DNA of 63,962 nt from Candidatus Iainarchaeum sp. (GCA_028701835.1 JAQVQA010000001.1:2752-66713), one strand, 5' to 3'. Counted from the first letter of the stretch, positions 1-8,441 are shown. Translations and numbers: made by a program. Notes: a model not told the origin generated them from the sequence alone.

Positions 1-119
1 CCGCGACCAAGCAAAGTTTTGACTTTGCTGGCATAATGAATTTAATTCATTATGACGCTTTTTTCTTTAGAAAAAAGGGTTCTGGCAAGGACGAATCATA
101 ACCACTAGACAACGATCGC
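1..119 (-). tRNA. Partial tRNA-Gly(GCC)-like gene: canonical 5' portion up to position 37, then 73 nt of hairpin-rich intervening sequence; cut by the window edge
   Basis: Minus strand from 119 reads GCGATCG TT GTCT AGTGGTTA TGAT T CGTCC TTGCCA, giving anticodon GCC. No GGACG partner follows directly. Instead come GAACCC plus T6, three perfect hairpins, then T GGTCG CGG at 9-1. That last stretch could be nt 38 plus a 3' anticodon-stem strand with one T:T mismatch. An A/T-rich TATA-like tract sits about 14-24 nt upstream. Confidence 0.4.
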
Positions 120-259
120 TTTTTTTTGGTTGTTTTTTTTTAATCGTTGCGAATAGTATTGGCTAAATAGTTTTTTTTGTTATTTTTTTAAAACTTTTTC
201 GCCAACCTTTTTTTTAAAAAGGTTGCTATGGCAACGATCGCTTTTTTTTGGTTGTTTTT
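110..259. repeat. 28-nt direct repeat CAACGATCGC-T8-GGTTG-T5 (copies at 110-137 and 232-259); the second copy heads a decayed duplicate of the tRNA 5' unit
   Basis: The two strings are identical when read off the sequence. On the minus strand copy 2 continues GCGATCGTTG-CCATAGCAACC-T5. This looks like copy 1 with the D-arm and anticodon stem (24 nt) deleted. Confidence 0.7.
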
Positions 260-311
260 GCTTTGCAAATTAAGTATTATTTTTCTTAGTATTCTTTAAA
301 AACCTGCTTTT

Positions 312-2042
312 TTAGACGTATCTTTTGTTAGTCCAAAAGATTCCTAATAATAGTAAGCCTACTATTATTAGTATTCCTACCATTAAAATTAAAGGGTTTT
401 TTATAAAAAAATTTCCTTGGGTGTTTACATCGCTTGTATCAATTTTTTGTTCTACAACTGTTTGTTTTTCTATTGGTTTTTGAATTATTAGTGTTTGTTG
501 GGTTGTTGTAATTGTTTGAGTGTATGTACTTGTAGGGGTTTTAATGTTGATTAAGTAGGATTGGTTTTCATAATCTTTTATTTCGGTTTCAATTATTTTT
601 GAACTAAATGCAGGGATTTCTTCAGTTTGTTTTATTTCTAGTGAGTTGGAAGTAATATTATAGTCAATTGTTTTTGTTGTGTTGAAATAATTAGTTGCTT
701 TTATTTGTATTAATAGTTTTTCTCCATGGGTTATGGGGGTTATGTCATTTATTATTAATTCTCCAACTATTTTTGTATTGGGGTTTTTAACTATGGTTAT
801 TGGTTGTTTTTTTGGTGCAGATAAACTATTGAATGTTATTGTTCCTTTTGCATATTGATTTTCTTCTAAAATAATTTTTGGATAAATATAAAAAATAATT
901 TCTTTTTTTTCTTTGGGTTTTAGTGTTTCGGTTTGTTTTTTTTTCTGGAAAATCATTTCACTATAATTTTCAAGGATGCTTATTGGGGCGGTTATTACTC
1001 TGTCTGAATTATTAGTCATTTCGACTTTTACTTCGTTCCAAGTGTCTGTTTTTAGTTCTGTTTCTTTTGGATTTAGGGTGATTAAATTAAAGTAATTAAT
1101 TTGTCTTATTTCGACTTTTGGTAATTTTGATTGAGTGTCAAAAGTAATGTTTGCTGTTTTTGGGTAAGTTGCTTTTGCTATTGATAGGGATATGTCACTA
1201 AATGAACCCATTTTTATGTGGGTCGCGTCCACAAATCCAGCTTCTCTAAAAGTGGGGTCGGAGGGGATCCAAGCATTTTGTTTATTATTATAAACTTCTA
1301 GCCAAGCGTGGTTTCCCCAGGATTGTCCATCGTAAGTTATACCTATAGCCATTTTTGTTGGAATGTTTTTTGCACGTAGCATTGCTGCTGCAAGGTTTGC
1401 AAATTCATCACAAACACCTTTTCTTGTTAGTAGGGTTTCGACTGCTGTTTTTTGTTGAAGATAATACTTATTGAATTCGTCTCCTTTGGCATATTCCATG
1501 TAGTCGTTTACCCAAAAAACAGTTTCATGTAGTGTGTTTACAAAATTATTTGTGACTAGTTTGTTTTTTACTAAATTAATTATTTCGATTGAATTGCTTT
1601 CTATTTTTTCGCTTGGTTGAGTGTATTGTTTAAGCATTTCGCTTGGTTCTAGTATTTCAAAGTCAATTAATTCGGGGATGTTTGCTTTTATGTTAACGTC
1701 AGCAATTATTTCGTAATTAAATTCGCCGTTTTTTGTTATTGTGTACATATTGTATTTGTTATTGAATTTGTCCAAGACTATTCTTGGGTAAAATGGAGTT
1801 CCTTCTATGTTTAATTCGTCTTTAATTATTTTAACGCTTTGAAGGGGAGTATCATTGAAGGTTATTATTTGGAAATTTGCTTCTTCGCCTTCTTTTAATC
1901 CATTAACCATTCCTTTACCGTATATTGTAACTCTTGCACTTAATTCGCTTACTGTGGTAGGGTAAATAGATTCTGTTTCTTCTTGAGCAAGGTTAAAAGA
2001 GAGTAATAACAAGAATATTATTAATATAAAGTATTTTTTCAT
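312..2042 (-). CDS. Secreted, membrane-anchored transglutaminase-like protein
   Basis: N-terminal signal-like MKKYFILIIFLLLLSF and a C-terminal TM segment. Transglutaminase core Cys-His-Asp context: GVCDEFANLAAAMLRA...GNHAWLEVY...SDPT. Confidence 0.75.
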   Translation of the reverse strand: MKKYFILIIFLLLLSFNLAQEETESIYPTTVSELSARVTIYGKGMVNGLKEGEEANFQIITFNDTPLQSVKIIKDELNIEGTPFYPRIVLDKFNNKYNMYTITKNGEFNYEIIADVNIKANIPELIDFEILEPSEMLKQYTQPSEKIESNSIEIINLVKNKLVTNNFVNTLHETVFWVNDYMEYAKGDEFNKYYLQQKTAVETLLTRKGVCDEFANLAAAMLRAKNIPTKMAIGITYDGQSWGNHAWLEVYNNKQNAWIPSDPTFREAGFVDATHIKMGSFSDISLSIAKATYPKTANITFDTQSKLPKVEIRQINYFNLITLNPKETELKTDTWNEVKVEMTNNSDRVITAPISILENYSEMIFQKKKQTETLKPKEKKEIIFYIYPKIILEENQYAKGTITFNSLSAPKKQPITIVKNPNTKIVGELIINDITPITHGEKLLIQIKATNYFNTTKTIDYNITSNSLEIKQTEEIPAFSSKIIETEIKDYENQSYLINIKTPTSTYTQTITTTQQTLIIQKPIEKQTVVEQKIDTSDVNTQGNFFIKNPLILMVGILIIVGLLLLGIFWTNKRYV

Positions 2043-2253
2043 AATAATTGAATAGTTTTAAGTTTTATTAATATTTGTTTGAAAGAAAAAGACTTTATAG
2101 CATGTTATGTTTGTTTTTTAATGGGTTTGGTTGGATTCAAGAAAGTCAATTTTGCTTGGAGTGTTATGAGATTTGTTTTTGTCTTTTTTGTCAAAAGAAT
2201 AGTAGAGTTTATTAGGTTATATTTTTTAGAAATAGGTTTTTTTTTAACTGAAA

Positions 2254-2326
2254 TGGGCCCGGTCGGATTCGAACCGACGACCCCCACCTTGTAAGGGTGA
2301 TGCCATAACCGCTAGGCTACGAGCCC
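2254..2326 (-). tRNA. tRNA-Val (anticodon UAC)
   Basis: The 73-nt minus-strand cloverleaf folds by hand: GGGCTCG/CGGGCCC acceptor, D-arm GCCT-AGCGGTTA-TGGC, anticodon arm TCACC-CTTACAA-GGTGG, T-arm GTCGG-TTCGAAT-CCGAC, discriminator A. A TTATAAAA box lies about 30 nt upstream. Confidence 0.9.
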
Positions 2327-2494
2327 ATTTTTTTTTAAACAATTTGATTGTTTTATAATTAATGTGTTTCGCAGTGTTTTTTTAAACCTTGACTTTTTGC
2401 TTTTTTTTCATTTTTTTTTAAAAAGCTTTTTTATTGTTTTATTTTGATTTACATAAGCTTAAATAGAAGTTTTTTTCTTTTATTATTCAAGGTG

Positions 2495-2953
2495 ATGTTT
2501 GTGCGTAAGACTATTTTACTTAGGCTTGGGACAAGAGAGTTTCGATGGACGCAGGTTCTTGGAATTTTTTTAGGAATAATTACTATCCTAATGCTTGTTC
2601 AATCTTCTGCTGTGATGTTTGATTCTTGGCAGGTGGTTAGGGATTTTAATAAGTGTGTAGAGTTTTCAGGAATTAATGAGTTGTCTAGTTTGGTTGGTAC
2701 TGATCAATTACTAGCTCAAATAAGGTATGCGGATTGTAAGGATTCTTTGTACCAAATAACTGGGGCGCAGGTTCCTGCTATGCAGAGGGGAATTACTTCA
2801 AGACAAATAGCAACTGCTTTAGTTGAACCAGTAGCTGGTTTCTTTTTTTGGGCAGCACTATTCTTGTTTGCATTATTCTTAACTTTTAATAATGCTTTAG
2901 TAATACCAATTGAAGAAGTTGAACAAGTTGCAAGACCATTTAAGAAAAAGTAA
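2495..2953 (+). CDS. Hypothetical membrane protein (2 predicted TM segments)
   Basis: The track ORF is 2444-2953. The ATG at 2495 is the more likely start. Hydrophobic segments VLGIFLGIITILMLV and GFFFWAALFLFALFLTF. Codon third positions are T/G-rich, as in other + strand genes. Confidence 0.5.
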   Translation: MFVRKTILLRLGTREFRWTQVLGIFLGIITILMLVQSSAVMFDSWQVVRDFNKCVEFSGINELSSLVGTDQLLAQIRYADCKDSLYQITGAQVPAMQRGITSRQIATALVEPVAGFFFWAALFLFALFLTFNNALVIPIEEVEQVARPFKKK

Positions 2954-2973
2954 TTTGTTTAAGTTAATATAAA

Positions 2974-3013
2974 GGGAAGCTAAAAAATAGCTTCTCTAAA
3001 TATTTTTTTTTTT
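2974..3013 (+). terminator. Hairpin plus T-run downstream of the 2495-2953 CDS
   Basis: GGGAAGCTA-AAAAA-TAGCTTCTC stem-loop followed by a run of about 11 T. Confidence 0.45.
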
Positions 3014-3101
3014 AAAAACAAAAAATAATAATGTTTTTATGGAATTTTTAATTATTTTTTTGAGAAAAGGATTTCTCCTTTTTCTCAAAAGAAATTGTTT
3101 T

Positions 3102-4502
3102 TTATAATGTGTATGTTTTTATTTTTTCGTTCGGAGTAATGTTTCCTTTTTTTACGCCAATTATTGTAGTTATTCCTTTTGCGTTAGCTGCTTCTATTAG
3201 TCTGTTTGTTATTATTCCGTCAAACATTATTGTATCTACTTTTTTCTTTGATGTTTGAACTTCTGTTAGGAGGTCTTTTACATCAACTTCCTTGATTTTC
3301 TTTTTCTTTGCGTCAAGGAGAGTTGCTTTTGACTTTCCTTTTAGTTTCTCAAAGACTTTTCTTAGTTTTTCCACTTCTTTTGGTATTATTTGGGGTGTCT
3401 CTATTTTTGGGGTATTAAAAATTTCTTCTCGTGGCTTAAAGTTTGGTCTATAGTTGTCTCTTCCTGTGAAGTGGTTTGGTCTATAGTTGTCGTGTTGTGT
3501 ATTAAATGGTCTTGGACTTCTATTGTCTCTTCTTGGTTGGCTGAATGATTGGGATCTATAGTTGTCTCTTCCTGTGAAGTGGTTTGGTCTATAGTTGTCG
3601 TGTGAGCCAAATTCTCTTCGTTGGAAAGTTGGTCTAAAGTCATTTCTTTGAGGGTAGTGGTTTTGTTCTTCAAAGTTTTCTTTTCCGCCAAAAGCATCTT
3701 TTAGAGGGACTCTTCTTTTTAGAGCTAGTAGTATTTCTTTTTGAACTAGTTCTTCAACTTCTTTTCCGTCTGGTGCTTTTGCAACAAAATCAACTTTTGT
3801 TAGTGAAGCTAATTTTTTCACATTTAGTTCTCCGCCTCTATCCCCGTCTATTAGTACTGTGACTGTTTTTTCTTTGCATAATGCAATTAGAGGAGTATCA
3901 ATATTTCCACCGTTCATTGCTACTGCGTTTTTTATTCCGTAGCTTAGTAATTTTAGAACATCTGCTCTTCCTTCAACTACTATTATTTCTGGAGCGTTTG
4001 CTACTTCTGGTCCTGCTTGTAGTCCGTTTAAGTTAATTATTTTTTCTGTTCTTAAATCTGTTTTTATTTCGGCAGCAAGTTCGGAGCTTTCTACGCCTTC
4101 AAATTTTTGCATGCGTTTTAGTAGTTCTTTTGCTCTGTCTGTAATAACGTCTCTTTTTTCTTTTCTAGTATCCCCTATTTTTAGTACTTTTACTTTTGCT
4201 TCAAATGGGCCTACTTTTTCAACGGTTTCTATTGTTGCTGCTAGGATACTTGTTTTTACTTGGTCAAGGGAACTGGGTATTATTACTTCTCCACTTGTTG
4301 TTCCTTTTCCTTTGTTTACTGTTATTTCTATTCTCCCTATTTTTCCTGCTTGTTGGAGTTCTTTTAAGTCCATGTCTTCGCCTAGGAGTCCTTCGCATTG
4401 TCCGAATATTGCTCCTACAATGTCTGGTTTTTCAACTACTCCTTTTACTTCGTAATTTGCAAGCACTTCGTATTTTACTGCGCTTAAATATGTTTTAGCC
4501 AT
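3102..4502 (-). CDS. dnaG: Archaeal DnaG (TOPRIM primase-like, exosome-associated) carrying a low-complexity repeat insertion
   Basis: N-terminus MAKTYLSAVKYEVLANYEVKGVVEKPDIVGAIFGQCEGLLGEDMDLKELQ and a TOPRIM region IIVVEGRADV...LIDGDRGGE. AAGGAGAAGTGA precedes the ATG at 4502; the track ORF extends to a TTG at 4559. Confidence 0.85.
   Translation of the reverse strand: MAKTYLSAVKYEVLANYEVKGVVEKPDIVGAIFGQCEGLLGEDMDLKELQQAGKIGRIEITVNKGKGTTSGEVIIPSSLDQVKTSILAATIETVEKVGPFEAKVKVLKIGDTRKEKRDVITDRAKELLKRMQKFEGVESSELAAEIKTDLRTEKIINLNGLQAGPEVANAPEIIVVEGRADVLKLLSYGIKNAVAMNGGNIDTPLIALCKEKTVTVLIDGDRGGELNVKKLASLTKVDFVAKAPDGKEVEELVQKEILLALKRRVPLKDAFGGKENFEEQNHYPQRNDFRPTFQRREFGSHDNYRPNHFTGRDNYRSQSFSQPRRDNRSPRPFNTQHDNYRPNHFTGRDNYRPNFKPREEIFNTPKIETPQIIPKEVEKLRKVFEKLKGKSKATLLDAKKKKIKEVDVKDLLTEVQTSKKKVDTIMFDGIITNRLIEAANAKGITTIIGVKKGNITPNEKIKTYTL
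3447..3603. repeat. Perfect 49-nt direct repeat (3447-3495 and 3555-3603), in frame and 108 nt apart, inside dnaG
   Basis: Identical strings tctatagttgtctcttcctgtgaagtggtttggtctatagttgtcgtgt. They encode the duplicated peptide HDNYRPNHFTGRDNYR. Confidence 0.85.
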
Positions 4503-4624
4503 TTTTTCACTTCTCCTTTGATTTTTTGGCATTTTGTAATTTTTAATAAATAAATCCAATCTTCTTTTTTTTTGGAAGTTGTTTTTAATTTATTCAAAAA
4601 AACTTTTTTTTGGTTTTTTTAGAA

Positions 4625-4885
4625 TTAGTTTGTGTTTTGAAGTATTTCTTCAACTTCTTTTTTAGGCAAATTAATATTAATTTTTTTTTCTTTGCTTTTA
4701 ATTCCGGAAACAATTTTGACTTCGCTATTGAAGAATTTTTTTAATTCTTTTAATATTTCTTTGTTCGCTTTATTTTTATCTGGTTGTTGTGTTGTTTTGA
4801 TTAGAATAATGTTTTTCTCTTTATCAAATTCAACTTTGAACTCTTTTTTTCCAGTAGAAATTTTTGCATTTAATACTGTTTCCAT
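4625..4885 (-). CDS. Small DUF167/YggU-like protein
   Basis: 86 aa. The ANKEILKELKKFFNSEVKIVSGIKSKEKKI pattern resembles the DUF167 signature (ANxxLxxxL....V.IvsG..sr.K.i). Confidence 0.45.
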   Translation of the reverse strand: METVLNAKISTGKKEFKVEFDKEKNIILIKTTQQPDKNKANKEILKELKKFFNSEVKIVSGIKSKEKKININLPKKEVEEILQNTN

Positions 4886-5064
4886 TTTTTTCTACACAAA
4901 CCTTTTCATTTTTTTTTAAAAACCAAAAAACACTTTTTAGTGTTTTTAACGCTCTTTTTAGAGTCGTTTTCCAATTAATTATTTGGTTGAAGGGAATAAA
5001 AAGGTTTCTTTTAGGTTAGGATAGGTTTTAAAGCTGGGGGAGAGTTTTTATTAGTGGAGGGGTT

Positions 5065-5253
5065 TTGTTGGAAAAGAAAAATCCGTTTAGTGATGCTTCG
5101 AAGAATAGGAGAATGCTTTTGAATCAGCGTAATTCTGAGTTTACTCAAAGCAAAAAACTTTCGAGAGCAGAGAAGAGACTTAAAAAGAAAGCGACTGGGT
5201 TTAGTGGGTCTTCTTCTAATTATTCGCTTATTCCTAAGGAAATTAATGAATAG
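5065..5253 (+). CDS. Possible small basic protein (TTG start), function unknown
   Basis: 62-aa ORF with the T/G-ending codon usage typical of + strand genes here. Its stop abuts the hjc ribosome-binding region. No recognisable motif. Confidence 0.3.
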   Translation: MLEKKNPFSDASKNRRMLLNQRNSEFTQSKKLSRAEKRLKKKATGFSGSSSNYSLIPKEINE

Positions 5254-5264
5254 TGGGTGGATTA

Positions 5265-5648
5265 ATGGCTCATTATAATAAGGGTGCTAATGCAGAGCGT
5301 GAATTGATTCGTGCTTTTTCACTAAAAGGTTTTGCGGTTTTGAGGGTTGCGGGTAGTGGGGTTAGTCCATTGCCTTCGCCTGATGTTGTTGCAATAAAGA
5401 GTGGGAGAATTTTGGCAATTGAGTGTAAGGCTTGGAAGGGAGAGCATTTAGCAATTCCTTGTGTTACTATGCTTGATGAAGTTAATTGGGCAAGAACTGC
5501 TGGTGCAGAGTTTTTTGTTGGTTGGAAGATTCCTAGGGAGGGTTGGATTTTTGTTAAATTTGAACACTTTCATAATGCAGGGAAAAATTTTATGATTTCT
5601 CTAAAAGATGCTAGAAATAATTCGATTTCGTTTGAGGAATTAGTTTAA
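5265..5648 (+). CDS. hjc: Holliday junction resolvase Hjc
   Basis: GANAERELIRAFSLKGFAVLRVAGSG...PDVVAIKSGRILAIECKAWKG matches the Hjc E..D..ExK nuclease core. GGTGGA Shine-Dalgarno precedes the ATG at 5265. Confidence 0.8.
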   Translation: MAHYNKGANAERELIRAFSLKGFAVLRVAGSGVSPLPSPDVVAIKSGRILAIECKAWKGEHLAIPCVTMLDEVNWARTAGAEFFVGWKIPREGWIFVKFEHFHNAGKNFMISLKDARNNSISFEELV

Positions 5649-5686
5649 TAATTAAATTAATTCACTTTTTTTTATAATTGTATTCT

Positions 5687-6460
5687 TTAATTAGTCTCGT
5701 TTTTTGTTGAATGGATTTTGAATTCTTCTTGTGCTATTTTCTTAAAAAATTCTTCGTATTTTGGGTTTGCTTGAATGAAACTTATTAATATTCTTTTTGA
5801 AATATAATTCGGTGTGAAGTAGTCTTGTAATTGTGTTTTTATTTGATCTTCTATTTCTTGTTTAAAGAACCAGCTTTTTAGTCTCATTCTTTTTGAAACT
5901 AGTCTTTGTTTAAGATCATTAACATTTATTGAGTGAGTTGATTTGATTAGGGGCGGGTATAAGTCTATTAGAGTTAGTTTTTTGTTTATTATTGCAAAGT
6001 TATCTGGTTTTGCGTCAATAGTTATTTTTTGTTCGTGTGTTTCGTTAAATTTTTGAATTATTTTTGCATATTGCAGGGCTTGTCTTAAGCATTCGCCGTT
6101 TTTAATTTGAGTGTTTTCTTTTAAATATCTTGTTAGAATTAGTTCTTTTGGAATGTATTCTTGAATAGCGGTTAGTTGAAATTTTTTTGTTTTTGTGAGG
6201 TTTAGTATTATTCTTGTTTGTAAAAAAGGAATTTTTAATTCTTGAAGTATTTTTTGATAGTTGTTTGTCATGTTTTTTAGTCTTTTGCCTTCTTTTATAG
6301 TTACTAGTCCTTTGTATTGTTTGACTACTTTTCCTGCGAGAGTAAATCTTTTTCGCAAGGTTTCTTGGGTTTTGTGGATTAGTTTTGGTCTAGTAAAAGC
6401 CCCTTTTTTACTTATTTCAGTAAATCTTAATTCTCCTTGTTTTGTTAATTTTCTAGGCAT
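5687..6460 (-). CDS. Hypothetical protein, possible atypical protein-kinase-like fold (paralog 1)
   Basis: Catalytic-loop-like IDAKPDNFAI and DFG-position LTLIDLYP. Alignable along its length with the neighbouring 6498-7226 product. Confidence 0.35.
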   Translation of the reverse strand: MPRKLTKQGELRFTEISKKGAFTRPKLIHKTQETLRKRFTLAGKVVKQYKGLVTIKEGKRLKNMTNNYQKILQELKIPFLQTRIILNLTKTKKFQLTAIQEYIPKELILTRYLKENTQIKNGECLRQALQYAKIIQKFNETHEQKITIDAKPDNFAIINKKLTLIDLYPPLIKSTHSINVNDLKQRLVSKRMRLKSWFFKQEIEDQIKTQLQDYFTPNYISKRILISFIQANPKYEEFFKKIAQEEFKIHSTKNETN

Positions 6461-6497
6461 TTTTTCAACGACCTTTTTCTTTGTTTTTTTTCATTGA

Positions 6498-7226
6498 TTA
6501 ATTAAGGTATTCTAATTTTTCAAGGAATTGTTTCTTTAAATCTAGTCTTCTTGAAATGAATTTATTAATTATTTCGTTTATTGTTGTTTGTGGATTCATT
6601 TTTCTTTTTAGAGTATTACTAGCTTTTTTTTCGACATTTTGCATTAATAATTGTCTTTTTATTTTTCTTATTAAACCTCTTTTTCTTTGAGAAATGTCTT
6701 CTAGTTTTATTGATTGGTTTCCTTGTAAGTAAGCAGGGTATAAATCAATTAAGATTAGTTCGTTGTTAATTACTCCAAAATTTTTTAGTCTCGCGTCTAA
6801 ACCTATTTTTATTGAATTGTGTTTATTATGTTCTTCAATTTTTCTTATAGTTATAATCATTTTTTCAAATAGTTCAATGGCTTCTTTAGGCGTGCATGTT
6901 TTGATTTTGTTTATTAATAAATTTTCTTTGGGTATGAGTGTTTGAAGCATTATTAATTTGAATTTATTTTGGGTTGTTTTGATTAGTTTTATGTCGGTTT
7001 GTATTGTTTTAATTCCTGTTTCTTTTAATTTTTGAATGTATTCTAGTATAAGTTTTTTTGTTCTAATCCCTTCAAATAGGGGGTATGTTCCACTTATTTT
7101 TTTTAATACTTTTCCTGTTAAGCTTACTCTCTTAGCATAATCTCTTTTTGTGGGTAGAATCATTTTTGCGGTGACAAACATTCCTTTGCCTATTTTTTGT
7201 GTTTTTCTTTTTTGAAAGCAATTCAT
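6498..7226 (-). CDS. Hypothetical protein, possible atypical protein-kinase-like fold (paralog 2)
   Basis: Gly-loop-like KIGKGMFVTA, Lys-containing LTGKVLKK, hinge-like IMLQTLIPKENL, then LDARLKNFGV and LILIDLYP. The spacing of these elements is kinase-like. Confidence 0.35.
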   Translation of the reverse strand: MNCFQKRKTQKIGKGMFVTAKMILPTKRDYAKRVSLTGKVLKKISGTYPLFEGIRTKKLILEYIQKLKETGIKTIQTDIKLIKTTQNKFKLIMLQTLIPKENLLINKIKTCTPKEAIELFEKMIITIRKIEEHNKHNSIKIGLDARLKNFGVINNELILIDLYPAYLQGNQSIKLEDISQRKRGLIRKIKRQLLMQNVEKKASNTLKRKMNPQTTINEIINKFISRRLDLKKQFLEKLEYLN

Positions 7227-7246
7227 TTTTTTTCACCTTTTTTGTT

Positions 7247-8023
7247 TTATATTTCGTGTCTTTGGTATTTTTCGAGTAATTCTCTCGCGCCTTTTTTATA
7301 ATCTGCTATGCCTCCTTTTTTGAGCATGTTTTTCTTTTCAGCAATTAGTTCTATTATTTCGTCTTCGTCTGCTTTAGTGGCTTTTTCTTCATCAAGTTTG
7401 TATGCTTTCATTATTCTTTCTTTTCCTAAGTATTCAACGAGTTTTATTGCGACTAGTTCGGGGTCTTTTAATTGATTAGGGTTCTTTGATTCAACTAGAA
7501 ATAAATTAAATTCTTCTTCTTTGAAGGGAATTATTCCAGGTGAATCTATTAGGTATACATTGTCTGTTACTTTTATTCTTGATAATCCTCTAGTGAGTCC
7601 TGCTTTTCTGCTTGTAGCTACTCTTCCTCTTCCTTTTCCTGCTAGGGAATTAATTAGAGTGCTTTTTCCAACGTTGGGGTAACCTATTATTCCTATAATT
7701 GTTTCTTTTTCTGTTTCGTTTCCTTTAATCATTCCAATTTCTTTTCTAATCATATTCATTCCGTCTTTTTGTAGTGCTGAAACAAAAACTACTTTTGCTC
7801 GGGTGGTTTGCATTATATCTGATTTTTTTTGTTCTAATAACTTTTTGTCTTTAACAAGATCTGCTTTATTCATTACTATTAAAAGTTTTTTTCCTTTTGA
7901 TTTTACTTGTTTTTCTAGGGAAGGGTTTCTTGTTTCATCTGGTCTTCTTGCGTCAATTATTTCAATAACAATATTTGATTCTTTAATTAAGTTAGATATG
8001 TGTGTTAAAAATCCCCCGCTCAT
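7247..8023 (-). CDS. Circularly permuted ribosome-biogenesis GTPase (YlqF/RbgA family)
   Basis: G4 motif NKADL precedes G1 GYPNVGKSTLIN and G3 DSPG, which is the permuted order typical of the YlqF/RbgA/Nog2 family. Confidence 0.8.
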   Translation of the reverse strand: MSGGFLTHISNLIKESNIVIEIIDARRPDETRNPSLEKQVKSKGKKLLIVMNKADLVKDKKLLEQKKSDIMQTTRAKVVFVSALQKDGMNMIRKEIGMIKGNETEKETIIGIIGYPNVGKSTLINSLAGKGRGRVATSRKAGLTRGLSRIKVTDNVYLIDSPGIIPFKEEEFNLFLVESKNPNQLKDPELVAIKLVEYLGKERIMKAYKLDEEKATKADEDEIIELIAEKKNMLKKGGIADYKKGARELLEKYQRHEI

Positions 8024-8060
8024 ATTACCCCTCTTTTTATTTTTTTTAGATTTTGTGTTT

Positions 8061-8402
8061 TTATAATAGCTTTAAGTGTGAAAAATATTTTTGTCCTTCG
8101 TTTTCTTCAACGGGGCCGCATGCAAAGCAAGTTTTGCTTCCTGCTTCTATTTGTGTTCTTCCTGCGTCTGTTATTAATGCACAGGGTAGTTTTCTTTTAA
8201 CTTTTTCAAATAACTCTAAGAGTTCTTCTGTTGTTGATACTTTTAACACAATTTTTTTCATTCCCTCGCTTTTCCATTCAGAGATTAATTCTTTATTTGC
8301 TTTTTCGAGTACACTTACTGCCGCGTGTGCGCATTGGGCGCAAAGCTTACCTTTATTCATTCCAAGGGAAGTATTCATTATAATGTATTGCACTAGCTCC
8401 AT
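8061..8402 (-). CDS. pth2: Peptidyl-tRNA hydrolase, archaeal type (Pth2)
   Basis: GKLCAQCAHAAV...KIVLKV...LITDAGRTQIEAGSKTCFACGP is the Pth2 signature. Confidence 0.85.
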   Translation of the reverse strand: MELVQYIIMNTSLGMNKGKLCAQCAHAAVSVLEKANKELISEWKSEGMKKIVLKVSTTEELLELFEKVKRKLPCALITDAGRTQIEAGSKTCFACGPVEENEGQKYFSHLKLL

Positions 8403-8441
8403 ATTAGAATTATCTCCTTTTCTTGTTTTTAACCCTTGCTT

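Noticed and set aside
2079-2294. ORFs 2079-2294 (+) and 2105-2287 (-) between the transglutaminase gene and tRNA-Val
   Set aside because: Both run into the tRNA-Val gene body (2254-2326) and have no motif or plausible ribosome-binding site. This is most likely promoter/intergenic sequence.
3401-3697. 98-aa minus-strand ORF overlapping dnaG in another frame, rich in T/Q/E repeats
   Set aside because: It is an alternative frame of the duplicated low-complexity segment of dnaG. Its repeat structure simply mirrors the 49-nt DNA repeat.
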